From a virus: 31,629 bases of DNA. Of this stretch, positions 8,109 through 15,781 are shown in pieces. Position 1 is the first letter of the stretch; every line of letters begins with the position of its first letter. The translations under genes and the position numbers were made by a program. The DNA lies in the IMG/VR virus record IMGVR_UViG_3300028772_000005; one strand, 5' to 3'. Below the pieces are notes generated by a model. That model saw only the letters and a program-made list of their open reading frames with translations, was not told the origin of the DNA and ran no database searches.

Positions 8109-8399
8109 ATGACATCAACTATCTATGTTATTGCTACCGTTTTACTTGTCGTGTGTTTTTTAATCATTGAAAAATCGTTATCCAGGGAGTCAAAAGCCCG
8201 CATTGTAAAACTTGAAAAAGAAATCAACCTGCGTGATCAAATGATTATTGCAAGGGATTTAACGATTAAAGGCTTAAAATCCGAAATTAAAAATCATGTA
8301 GATCTAAATGTACTTCTTTCAAATTCAAATGTAAATTTGAAATCCAAACTCCACCGAAATCGAAACGCAAATGGAACTTTTGTAAAATCCGAAAAGTAA
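8109..8399 (+). CDS. Membrane-anchored coiled-coil protein
   Basis: The N-terminal hydrophobic helix is IYVIATVLLVVCFLII. It is followed by a heptad-like charged segment. Confidence 0.5.
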   Translation: MTSTIYVIATVLLVVCFLIIEKSLSRESKARIVKLEKEINLRDQMIIARDLTIKGLKSEIKNHVDLNVLLSNSNVNLKSKLHRNRNANGTFVKSEK

Positions 8400-8425
8400 A
8401 TCAAACCAACAATAAACCAACAAAA

Positions 8426-9169
8426 ATGGAAACAAAAATTAAAATTAAATCAATTTTCGGATCATTACTTTTTGAATTAGAATGTGAAAATAATTCTATT
8501 AAAAATACAATAGCAGAAGCAAATAATAGAAGTGCCAACCTAAGCGGTGCCAACCTGAGCGATGCCGACCTGAGCGGTGCCGACCTGAGAAGTGCCGACC
8601 TGAGCGGTGCCGACCTGAGCGGTGCCGACCTGAGAAGTGCCAACCTGAGAAGTGCCAACCTGAGCAGTGCCGACCTGAGAAGTGCCAACCTGAGAAGTGC
8701 CAACCTGAGCGATGCCGACCTGAGCGGTGCCGACCTGAGAAGTGCCGACCTGAGCGGTGCCGACCTGAGCGGTGCCGACCTGAGAAGTGCCAACCTGAGA
8801 AGTGCCAACCTGAGAAGTGCCAACCACAATGAAAATACCGGATTTTTACTATCGCAGTGCCCAGACGGTGCATTTGTAGCGTACAAGAAAGCGCAAGGCA
8901 AGATCGTAAAAATTGAAGTTTGTGAGGATGCTAAACGAAGTTCTGCCACATCTTTAAAGTGCCGATGCTCAAAAGCGAAATGTTTAGAAATTCAAAATAT
9001 TGATGGGTTAATTTCTGAATTAAAAGAAATTAGAAGCGATAATGATTCAAAATTTATTTACAAAGTTGGAGAAACCAACGAGATATTGGATTTTGATGAA
9101 GAAAGATTTAATGAGTGTTCGACAGGTATACATTTCTTTATCCGCAGAGAAATGGCAGTAAAATATTGA
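8426..9169 (+). CDS. Pentapeptide-repeat protein with a Cys-containing C-terminal domain
   Basis: There are 19 consecutive A(N/D)L(S/R)(G/S/D) units. The non-repeat tail contains CPDGAFVAYKK, KRSSATSLKCRCSKAKCLEI and ECSTGIHFF. Confidence 0.85.
   Translation: METKIKIKSIFGSLLFELECENNSIKNTIAEANNRSANLSGANLSDADLSGADLRSADLSGADLSGADLRSANLRSANLSSADLRSANLRSANLSDADLSGADLRSADLSGADLSGADLRSANLRSANLRSANHNENTGFLLSQCPDGAFVAYKKAQGKIVKIEVCEDAKRSSATSLKCRCSKAKCLEIQNIDGLISELKEIRSDNDSKFIYKVGETNEILDFDEERFNECSTGIHFFIRREMAVKY
8534..8818 (+). repeat. In-frame 15-bp tandem repeat array (19 units) containing a perfect 116-bp duplication (8549-8664 = 8699-8814, period 150 bp)
   Basis: The units are GCC(A/G)ACCTGAG(C/A)(G/A)(G/A)T, read directly. 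The array is much more GC-rich than its flanks. Confidence 0.95.
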
Positions 9170-9195
9170 TAAATAAATAAAACAAAACAAGCAAA

Positions 9196-11163
9196 ATGAA
9201 ACTTCAAATCAACAAATTTAAACGACACGAAAATTTAACAGTGTCAATTCCTGCGAGAATATCAGGCGGTAATGAGCTTGGAAAATCAACAATACTTGAA
9301 GCAATAGGCTTCGTTCTAACAGGAAAAGATCTGTCAGGAAATGAATTTAAACAAGTATACGACAACCGTGTTGACATTCACGATGCAATTGCTGACGTGT
9401 CATATTTCGACAACTACGGAAACGAATACCATAGAATCGTACAGCCAGTATTTCAAACCGGCAGAGATGGAGTTGAAAGCATAAAGATTAAGTGTTCTAC
9501 TGTATGCAAAAAAAATTCAATTCCCTGCAATGATTTTGCAGACGAATTCAAAGACTTTCAAAAATTCGGAACGGATTATTTCTTTGCTCCTAAAAAAGAT
9601 TTAGAAATCGTCCAACGTTCAATCTTCATCGATATTTTAAAAAGTAAACTTCCGGACTACGATGTAAATTCTGCATCCCTGAAACTGAAAGAACTTAAGA
9701 AAGCTCAGAAAATTGAGGTCGACCTGGTAAAGGGCTTACAGGATGCCAACAAGAATACAAAGGATGTGCCGGTGCCCGAATTTCCAAAGGATATTTTGGC
9801 GATGAATGCTGAATATATTGCTTTATCCGCTTCGACAAATTCGGATGCCATTGCTGAAATTAACAAAAAAAATAATGAGGCGATGGGAGATTATTATACC
9901 GAAAAAGGTAAGATCTCTACCGCCATCTCAGACACTGAAATTAAAATTGGAAGGCTTAAAAGTTCAATTGAAACCGAAAAAGAGCTTTTAGAGAGCGTAA
10001 AAAAGTCGGTATTTGCTCCGAAGGTTATTGAGCCTACGGAAAGACTCGAATCCGATGTAGATGTTCTTAAATCAGCATTAGAAAAGTCAGAATATTTTGA
10101 AAGTGTTGAAAAGTATGCAGAAAAGTACTTTGGAAATAACCCGGTTCTTGTTGAAAATGCTGCAAAAATAAAGGAAATTTCGGAACGGGTGTTTATTCCA
10201 TCGGGTGAGATATCATCAAATTGCCCGCTAAATAATGAAAATTGCCCGGCTGCAAAATTGCATTCTGAAACTGCTGAAAAAATTAAATTTGAGGCAATGA
10301 ACAATGCTATAATTGCCACATCAAGGACTCAAAATCGCACTATTCTCGAAAAAGAAATGTCCGCTATCAATTCAGAATATAGCGCTGTTAAATCCGACTT
10401 GCAAGAAGCCGAAAGAAAGTTAAGCCGGGTGATTGAATCAAATAAATTGGTCGATGACGAAAATGAAACCAGGTTAAGAATAAAGAAAAAAAGAGATGCT
10501 GAGTTGATAGAAATATACAATTTGAATATCTCTCAATTTGAATCTGAACTCCATACAATAACAAAAGAATTGTGGAAAAAACAAACTGAACTCGCAAACC
10601 TTATCGACCCAACTCCCGAAAAACTCCCCGAATCAGTCGAAATTTCGGAAGAATTTAAGGATGCTCACGCAGCATACGAGCTATTGAAGATTGACATCAA
10701 CAAGGCTGTTGGCGTTAATGAGAATAATATCAAATTAATCGTTGAACGTTCATCCGAAATCAAAGAAAAACAAGCCAACCTACTTGAAATAATTGAAAAA
10801 ATAACAATCCTAACCACCGAAATATCAGATTATTTCAGTAACTTAGCAACTATTGTTAAACAGGAATTTGCAGGAGGTATTGCGTTGGATGTCGAATTGT
10901 TGGAGTACGTAATGAGTCGGGATGAATACAAAGATTGCTTTAAAATTACGGCAAACGGAAAAGTATTCCCTTATGAATGTAACGGGGCTTTGCAGAATAA
11001 CGTTAAAATGCAAGTGTTATTTAATTTGCAACGCTTGAAAGGTTATACGGGCGTTACGGTAATGGACAATTGCGAGGCAAATACGACCCAACCAATCAAT
11101 ACTTTAGGTTTGAATTGCATATTGGCTTTTGCGACTAATGATAATGAATTAACAATTAAATAA
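9196..11163 (+). CDS. SMC/Rad50/SbcC-like coiled-coil ATPase
   Basis: The N-terminal Walker A is SGGNELGKSTILEAIGFVLTGK. The central region is a long charged coiled coil. The C-terminal signature-like motif is NGALQNNVKMQV and the Walker B-like motif is VTVMDNCEA. Confidence 0.7.
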   Translation: MKLQINKFKRHENLTVSIPARISGGNELGKSTILEAIGFVLTGKDLSGNEFKQVYDNRVDIHDAIADVSYFDNYGNEYHRIVQPVFQTGRDGVESIKIKCSTVCKKNSIPCNDFADEFKDFQKFGTDYFFAPKKDLEIVQRSIFIDILKSKLPDYDVNSASLKLKELKKAQKIEVDLVKGLQDANKNTKDVPVPEFPKDILAMNAEYIALSASTNSDAIAEINKKNNEAMGDYYTEKGKISTAISDTEIKIGRLKSSIETEKELLESVKKSVFAPKVIEPTERLESDVDVLKSALEKSEYFESVEKYAEKYFGNNPVLVENAAKIKEISERVFIPSGEISSNCPLNNENCPAAKLHSETAEKIKFEAMNNAIIATSRTQNRTILEKEMSAINSEYSAVKSDLQEAERKLSRVIESNKLVDDENETRLRIKKKRDAELIEIYNLNISQFESELHTITKELWKKQTELANLIDPTPEKLPESVEISEEFKDAHAAYELLKIDINKAVGVNENNIKLIVERSSEIKEKQANLLEIIEKITILTTEISDYFSNLATIVKQEFAGGIALDVELLEYVMSRDEYKDCFKITANGKVFPYECNGALQNNVKMQVLFNLQRLKGYTGVTVMDNCEANTTQPINTLGLNCILAFATNDNELTIK

Positions 11164-11171
11164 ATTACGAA

Positions 11172-11468
11172 ATGAAAAAAATGAATTATATATTTGAAGT
11201 TGAAGTGTTGGAAGCTGGACAGAGGAAATCATATGGCGATAGTTATTATTCTTATAGCGTTTCATCAGAAAGACCAGAGAGAGAGGTAAAACTATTCTGC
11301 ATGAATGTTTTAAACAGAAGTTTTATTCCATCTGAAATGCCAAATCCATTTGCTGGCAAATTGCTTGAATTTAAAAAGATTACCGATAACAACAAGGATA
11401 AATCTTTTATGGACAAAAGAGAGGTTGAAATATACTCATACAAATTAAGTAACGAATACACAGGATAA
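11172..11468 (+). CDS. Hypothetical protein
   Basis: 98-aa ORF between the ATPase and the RecT-like gene. No motif recognised. Confidence 0.45.
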   Translation: MKKMNYIFEVEVLEAGQRKSYGDSYYSYSVSSERPEREVKLFCMNVLNRSFIPSEMPNPFAGKLLEFKKITDNNKDKSFMDKREVEIYSYKLSNEYTG

Positions 11469-11502
11469 TATTTAAGCTTAACAATCAAATAAATACAAAA
11501 CA

Positions 11503-12414
11503 ATGAGTACAGAACAATCAACAGCGCTTGAATTGCAAGACAATTTTAAACAGATGTCCGAAATGCACCTGACAATGAGAGGATCAAATAACCCTGAGTT
11601 CAAAATCCAGTTCATGAAAACTTTCTCCGACCTTATTTTCTCACAGAGTGATGAAATGCTGGAAAAGTTGAGTAAAACAAAACCCGCATCTTTGATGAAT
11701 GCAGTTTTCCGGGCAACCGAATCTGGTGCATCATTCGCTAAAAAAGAAATTTCCTTTATTCCCTTTGAAATTTTCAAGAAAGAAAAAAAGAACGGCGCAG
11801 ACGTAAAAACAGCTACCGGGGAATACGAAGCCCTCGTTATTTTCGACATCAATTTTCAGAAACAACAAATACTTAAGCTCTCAAACTGTAAACGCTTTTA
11901 CACCTGTGAAATTCACGAAGGAGTCCAGGTAATTAGCGATATGACTACCGGCAATTACTCTTTTGATGGAAAGAACGATGTATTTAAACCGACAGTTGGT
12001 TATTATGGTGTTTTCGTGACCACTGAAGACCAGATTTATGACATCTTTATGTCTTGTGCCGAAATTGTAGATCGTGCCAAATTTAGCCCTGGATTCAAGG
12101 CGGACAACTACAAAAAAACAAACAACTCAATTCACTTTGAAAAGATTGTTGTCCGTAATTTAATGAAGATTATTCCACGCCCATCGGAAGAATTAAAGTC
12201 TATCCTGGCATACGATGAAAGTTCTGAATACACACATTACGAAGACGTAACGAATGACGGCAAAGCGCTGGAGGAAGCAAAGAAAGAGCTATCTGGAAAA
12301 AAGGAACCGGTAAAGCCTGCCGAAAAATCGACTACGAAAGTTGAGAAAGAAGCGGAAGCTACTCCGACCGAGCCAGCAGAATCAAAACCATCAGAAATTC
12401 AATCATTCTTCTGA
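11503..12414 (+). CDS. recT: RecT-family single-strand annealing protein
   Basis: KPASLMNAVFRATESGASFAKKEISFIPF ... ALVIFDINFQKQQILKL ... EIHEGVQV matches the RecT core pattern. The K/E/P-rich disordered tail ends in SEIQSFF. Confidence 0.6.
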   Translation: MSTEQSTALELQDNFKQMSEMHLTMRGSNNPEFKIQFMKTFSDLIFSQSDEMLEKLSKTKPASLMNAVFRATESGASFAKKEISFIPFEIFKKEKKNGADVKTATGEYEALVIFDINFQKQQILKLSNCKRFYTCEIHEGVQVISDMTTGNYSFDGKNDVFKPTVGYYGVFVTTEDQIYDIFMSCAEIVDRAKFSPGFKADNYKKTNNSIHFEKIVVRNLMKIIPRPSEELKSILAYDESSEYTHYEDVTNDGKALEEAKKELSGKKEPVKPAEKSTTKVEKEAEATPTEPAESKPSEIQSFF

Positions 12415-13097
12415 TGAAAATCAATGTAATCGCAACAGGTAGCGCAGGGAATCTTTACGAGTTAATCGACAAGGATGGAAATTCGATGTTGATAGAAGCT
12501 GGTATGCCACGTGCTACTTATGTAAAATTTCGGGTGGGGGTAACTCCGCCTGAAATGTGCATAATTTCGCACTCTCACATGGATCATGCAAAATACAAGG
12601 GTGAATTTATGGCTGTGATGCCTGTTTATTTGGCGCAGGAAAAGAACGTTAGTGAACATTTTAAAGTTTTCGGACTCCCATTGAATCATGGAGATGTTAC
12701 CACGATGACTTTTTTAATACATTCGTTGGTAGAAAGTAAATTTCTATATTTTGCGACCGATGTACAGTTTGACAATTTAACCGAAGATGTTTGTAGTGAT
12801 TTAAAACACTTTGGAGTCGAAAACTTCCTAATCGAATGCAACTACAATGACTATCTTTTTCATCTTGCCACCGACGAACAGCGACAAGGGTGTTCAAGGC
12901 ATTTATCCGATAACGATGTTATCAATTTTATCCGAAAATCAGGAGCTAAAAACCCAAAAATTATCACAATTCACGGGTCGAATAGATTAAGCGCAGATAC
13001 TTACACAAAAAAGTATTTAAGCTCAAAGTTAATCACCTCAACTGTCAATGTGGCGGTAGGGGTCAAAGGAGGACAAAAAAATATATTTATAATTTAA
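12414..13097 (+). CDS. Metallo-beta-lactamase-fold hydrolase (putative nuclease)
   Basis: HSHMDH is the HxHxDH motif. Downstream are LNHGD, FATD and ITIHGS. The start overlaps the RecT stop (TGATG). Confidence 0.75.
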   Translation: MKINVIATGSAGNLYELIDKDGNSMLIEAGMPRATYVKFRVGVTPPEMCIISHSHMDHAKYKGEFMAVMPVYLAQEKNVSEHFKVFGLPLNHGDVTTMTFLIHSLVESKFLYFATDVQFDNLTEDVCSDLKHFGVENFLIECNYNDYLFHLATDEQRQGCSRHLSDNDVINFIRKSGAKNPKIITIHGSNRLSADTYTKKYLSSKLITSTVNVAVGVKGGQKNIFII

Positions 13098-13108
13098 AGA
13101 AAAACAAA

Positions 13109-13315
13109 ATGGAGCAAATTGATTTTTTAGAACAAGAACTTAAGCAAATGCTTGAAAATATAGAAAGGGTTAAATCCTATAAAAAAAAATACGAACCGGG
13201 AGTATACCACCCTTGTAATTCTTTAGTAATCGGAGAGTTGAAGCACAGGTCAGTAGCATTAAAACAAAGACTAACCGCTATTTCCCACATCTCTACAAAC
13301 GACATATTTAATTAA
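13109..13315 (+). CDS. Hypothetical protein
   Basis: 68-aa ORF with a coiled-coil-like N-terminus. It is the last gene before element copy C. Confidence 0.45.
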   Translation: MEQIDFLEQELKQMLENIERVKSYKKKYEPGVYHPCNSLVIGELKHRSVALKQRLTAISHISTNDIFN

Positions 13316-13316
13316 T

Positions 13317-13380
13317 TTGAAAATATATTTCATTTTTAACTATAATTTCTTTGTAGTTTAAATTTGTTTATCTATTTTTG
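13317..13380 (+). promoter_or_regulatory. Conserved 24-bp element (copy C, 13317-13340) plus promoter: -33 TTTG (13350-13353) and -7 TATTTTTG (13373-13380)
   Basis: The element is TTGAAAATATATTTCATTTTTAAC. The architecture matches copy A, with a 19-nt spacer. Confidence 0.55.
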
Positions 13381-13416
13381 TGGAGTCAATAATTTATACA
13401 CATAAAACCAAATAAA

Positions 13417-13611
13417 ATGGACACAACAAATTTCACTCCCTATCAGAAATTTATAATGGATTTAGCTCCTAAGTTTTTAGAATTAAACGCAGCGGACAAT
13501 CCGATTGAAATAATGGAAATTATGTCTGAGATAAAGGGTATTCACGATTTATACATCAAAGCTCACGACTCCGAACTCCTTTCAAAAATTACAGAATTAA
13601 TCAATCAATAA
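13417..13611 (+). CDS. Hypothetical protein
   Basis: 64-aa ORF following promoter copy C. Confidence 0.45.
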   Translation: MDTTNFTPYQKFIMDLAPKFLELNAADNPIEIMEIMSEIKGIHDLYIKAHDSELLSKITELINQ

Positions 13612-13636
13612 TAATCATTTAAAACAAAACAGCACT

Positions 13637-13810
13637 ATGTTATTAAACACAGGCAAAAAAGACAAAAAGGGCAATGTGATTTATGTAAATAAATTCACTG
13701 GAAAAGAAGAAAAAGCGCAAAGAATGACTTGGTCTATAACTAAAAGACTCCCGAATTATGCGCATTCTTTTATTTTTAATCCATTCAAAAATCCACAACC
13801 AAAATTTTAA
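13637..13810 (+). CDS. Possible 57-aa hypothetical protein
   Basis: Hand translation gives MLLNTGKKDKKGNVIYVNKFTGKEEKAQRMTWSITKRLPNYAHSFIFNPFKNPQPKF. It fills a gap. Its leader AAAACAAAACAGCA is repeated before the next gene. Confidence 0.35.
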   Translation: MLLNTGKKDKKGNVIYVNKFTGKEEKAQRMTWSITKRLPNYAHSFIFNPFKNPQPKF

Positions 13811-13821
13811 AACAAAACAGC

Positions 13822-14046
13822 ATGAAAAAATTAAGTTTAGTCACAGCAAAAGTAGTTAGAGAAAACGAACAGTACGCTTACAAGTTAGTAGGCAAAGGCG
13901 AAAAATACCTGGTGCTACACGAAGATGGAGAAAAGCCGGAAGATGTTGTAATATCCGAGCTTGCTCCATTTTCAAAAGAACCTGTTTCCGTTGAAAGCGT
14001 AGTCCTGCAAAAAAAATTGCGAAATAATCGGGGATCAAGATCTTGA
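13822..14046 (+). CDS. Hypothetical protein
   Basis: 74-aa ORF, co-oriented. Confidence 0.45.
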   Translation: MKKLSLVTAKVVRENEQYAYKLVGKGEKYLVLHEDGEKPEDVVISELAPFSKEPVSVESVVLQKKLRNNRGSRS

Positions 14047-14065
14047 TTATGTTTTCAAAGCAAAC

Positions 14066-14284
14066 ATGAAATTTATCTATTTGGATGAGGTGTCTGGGAA
14101 AGAAAAGAAATCATCAAAAAAATTCTTTGTTTTTTCCGACTCGTTACAAAATGCGACTAAATATGTTTCAAGTGAGATAATGAATGGTCATTTAGTTTCA
14201 ATTTCCGAAACAAAGATACTGGATGTGTTTAATTTCAAGCCAACATTTAAAGTCTCCGTGGAGGAATTTGGAGAAATAATTTAA
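14066..14284 (+). CDS. Hypothetical protein
   Basis: 72-aa ORF, co-oriented. Confidence 0.45.
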   Translation: MKFIYLDEVSGKEKKSSKKFFVFSDSLQNATKYVSSEIMNGHLVSISETKILDVFNFKPTFKVSVEEFGEII

Positions 14285-14299
14285 AACAAATCAAAAAAA

Positions 14300-14809
14300 A
14301 TGAAAGTAAAAATCATTAAAAAATCAATCAAAGAGGGCGATAATTACTGCATTAAATCGCTTTTCTGTTCTGTTGACAATAAAGAAGATGCAAACGTCTT
14401 AGCAATGGCAGCGGCGGGGGCAGGAGCGACGAAAGAGCAGGTAGCTACACTTATTAAGGCTGGAGAATATAACGGTGTTACAACGTACGCATTTGGCTTG
14501 AATTGCTCAAACTTTACATTTGATCATGTCGAACGTTTCGGAGTTATTGATGCCGAGATTATTTACATCAAAAATGATAAGGGATATGTAAATGCTAAAA
14601 TTCAGATCGTTGATAAAGTTGAGCAAGTTCACGGCTATGAAGCTCCGGAAAGCGATGTAACTGGTTGGGCTTCTCCAGCACCCGAACTAAAACCACAACC
14701 ACCAATAGGAGATGGAAGTCACGCAGAACCCAATCCGATTGAACCGTTCGGAGCCCCAATATACGATCCAAATTCGTTGAATATACAGCCAAATGACCTA
14801 CCGTTCTGA
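14300..14809 (+). CDS. Putative single-stranded DNA-binding protein with a non-canonical N-terminal domain
   Basis: A Pro/Gly-rich disordered linker is followed by a C-terminus of IQPNDLPF. This resembles the conserved SSB C-terminal tip (D-D-D-I-P-F type). The N-terminal 110 aa do not look like a classical SSB OB fold to me. Confidence 0.5.
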   Translation: MKVKIIKKSIKEGDNYCIKSLFCSVDNKEDANVLAMAAAGAGATKEQVATLIKAGEYNGVTTYAFGLNCSNFTFDHVERFGVIDAEIIYIKNDKGYVNAKIQIVDKVEQVHGYEAPESDVTGWASPAPELKPQPPIGDGSHAEPNPIEPFGAPIYDPNSLNIQPNDLPF

Positions 14810-14822
14810 TATTCAATGAGTT

Positions 14823-15005
14823 ATGACATTTAAAGCCCGTGATTCAAATTTAGTAGTATTTGAATTTGAAGTGGAAACCGTGAAAGATGCAATTCAGCAT
14901 CTTTCTGACTACGAAACTAAACATAAGGTTTCAACTCGCTGTTTTGAAAAATCGACAGGTAAGAGACTAATTGGAGGAGTATTACAAATTAGTAAACCAT
15001 TTTAA
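14823..15005 (+). CDS. Hypothetical protein
   Basis: 60-aa ORF, co-oriented. Confidence 0.4.
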   Translation: MTFKARDSNLVVFEFEVETVKDAIQHLSDYETKHKVSTRCFEKSTGKRLIGGVLQISKPF

Positions 15006-15007
15006 AA

Positions 15008-15424
15008 ATGAATAAAACACTGAACGAAATATCAGAAGAGATTTACGAAGCAAATAAATTAAAAGGATTTGACGTAAAGGAGTGTAATATTGGACAGACG
15101 CTTATGCTTATAGTTTCTGAGCTATCAGAAGCTTTAGAAGCCGACAGAAAGAATAAAAGAGTAAATATAAACGACACTAAGAATTTGACAAATGACTATA
15201 CTATTAGCGGTAATCTGAGTGGCTTTACAAAACAAGGTAAAACCGAAAAGTTTATTGATCTTTTCAAAGAGCAAGTAAAAGACACTTTTGAAGATGAAAT
15301 TGCTGATTCTTTTATTCTCCTTTTCAACTTAGTCGGTGCTTTAAATATAAATATTGACAGACACATTGAGTTAAAAAGACAATTCAATGCTACTCGAGAG
15401 TATAGACACGGAAAAAGATATTAA
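15008..15424 (+). CDS. MazG-like nucleoside triphosphate pyrophosphohydrolase
   Basis: LMLIVSELSEALEADRK ... EDEIADSFILLFNL ... IELKRQFNATREYRHGKRY is the typical phage MazG/NTP-PPase pattern. An insertion of about 35 aa separates the two helices. Confidence 0.7.
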   Translation: MNKTLNEISEEIYEANKLKGFDVKECNIGQTLMLIVSELSEALEADRKNKRVNINDTKNLTNDYTISGNLSGFTKQGKTEKFIDLFKEQVKDTFEDEIADSFILLFNLVGALNINIDRHIELKRQFNATREYRHGKRY

Positions 15425-15426
15425 TT

Positions 15427-15456
15427 AAAAAAGCGGTAATTATACCGCTTTTTTTT
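15427..15456. terminator. Bidirectional intrinsic terminator at the convergence of the two arms
   Basis: In AAAAAAGCGGTAATTATACCGCTTTTTTTT, a 7-bp stem (15432-15438 / 15443-15449) is flanked by an A-run and a T-run. It overlaps the stop of the minus-strand gene 15440..15781. Confidence 0.75.
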
Positions 15457-15781
15457 GTGACTGTTTTGGAAACTTCTTAAACTTTACAATATCCTTTGGA
15501 TTCTCTTTTAAATATTCCTCCGCAATTTCATCCGTTAAAGTCGGTTGAGTATACCACTTTCCTTTGTGAAGAATTGGAATGTGTGCAAAAATAATATATT
15601 TTCTTTTGTCCATGATTTTAACTAATATTTCAACGGCTGCATCATGTATGCAATTTGAACATTGTTGATCGGAAACCGTTTTGTTAAACAAAAATTCATA
15701 ATAGCTCAAAACATAAGAGCGTACACCGGAATCAATATCCGAATTGTACGCCCTTGCTAATATCTGTTCATTCATATCCAT
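15440..15781 (-). CDS. Hypothetical protein (last gene of the late arm)
   Basis: 113-aa ORF. Its start overlaps the stop of the upstream gene at 15781. Confidence 0.5.
   Translation of the reverse strand: MDMNEQILARAYNSDIDSGVRSYVLSYYEFLFNKTVSDQQCSNCIHDAAVEILVKIMDKRKYIIFAHIPILHKGKWYTQPTLTDEIAEEYLKENPKDIVKFKKFPKQSQKKAV

Noticed and set aside
8534-8818. Could the regular repeat array be a CRISPR array?
   Set aside because: The period is 15 bp with no unique spacers. The array lies entirely in frame within a coding sequence, and no cas genes are present.
8401-8949. Three long minus-strand ORFs (8401..8949, 8499..8873, 8540..8827) antisense to the pentapeptide gene
   Set aside because: They are frame artefacts of the 15-bp tandem repeat. 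They give monotonous LLRLA, GWHFS and VGTSQ repeats, are nested in each other, and run against the gene orientation of this arm. The plus-strand frame has proper non-repeat N- and C-terminal domains.
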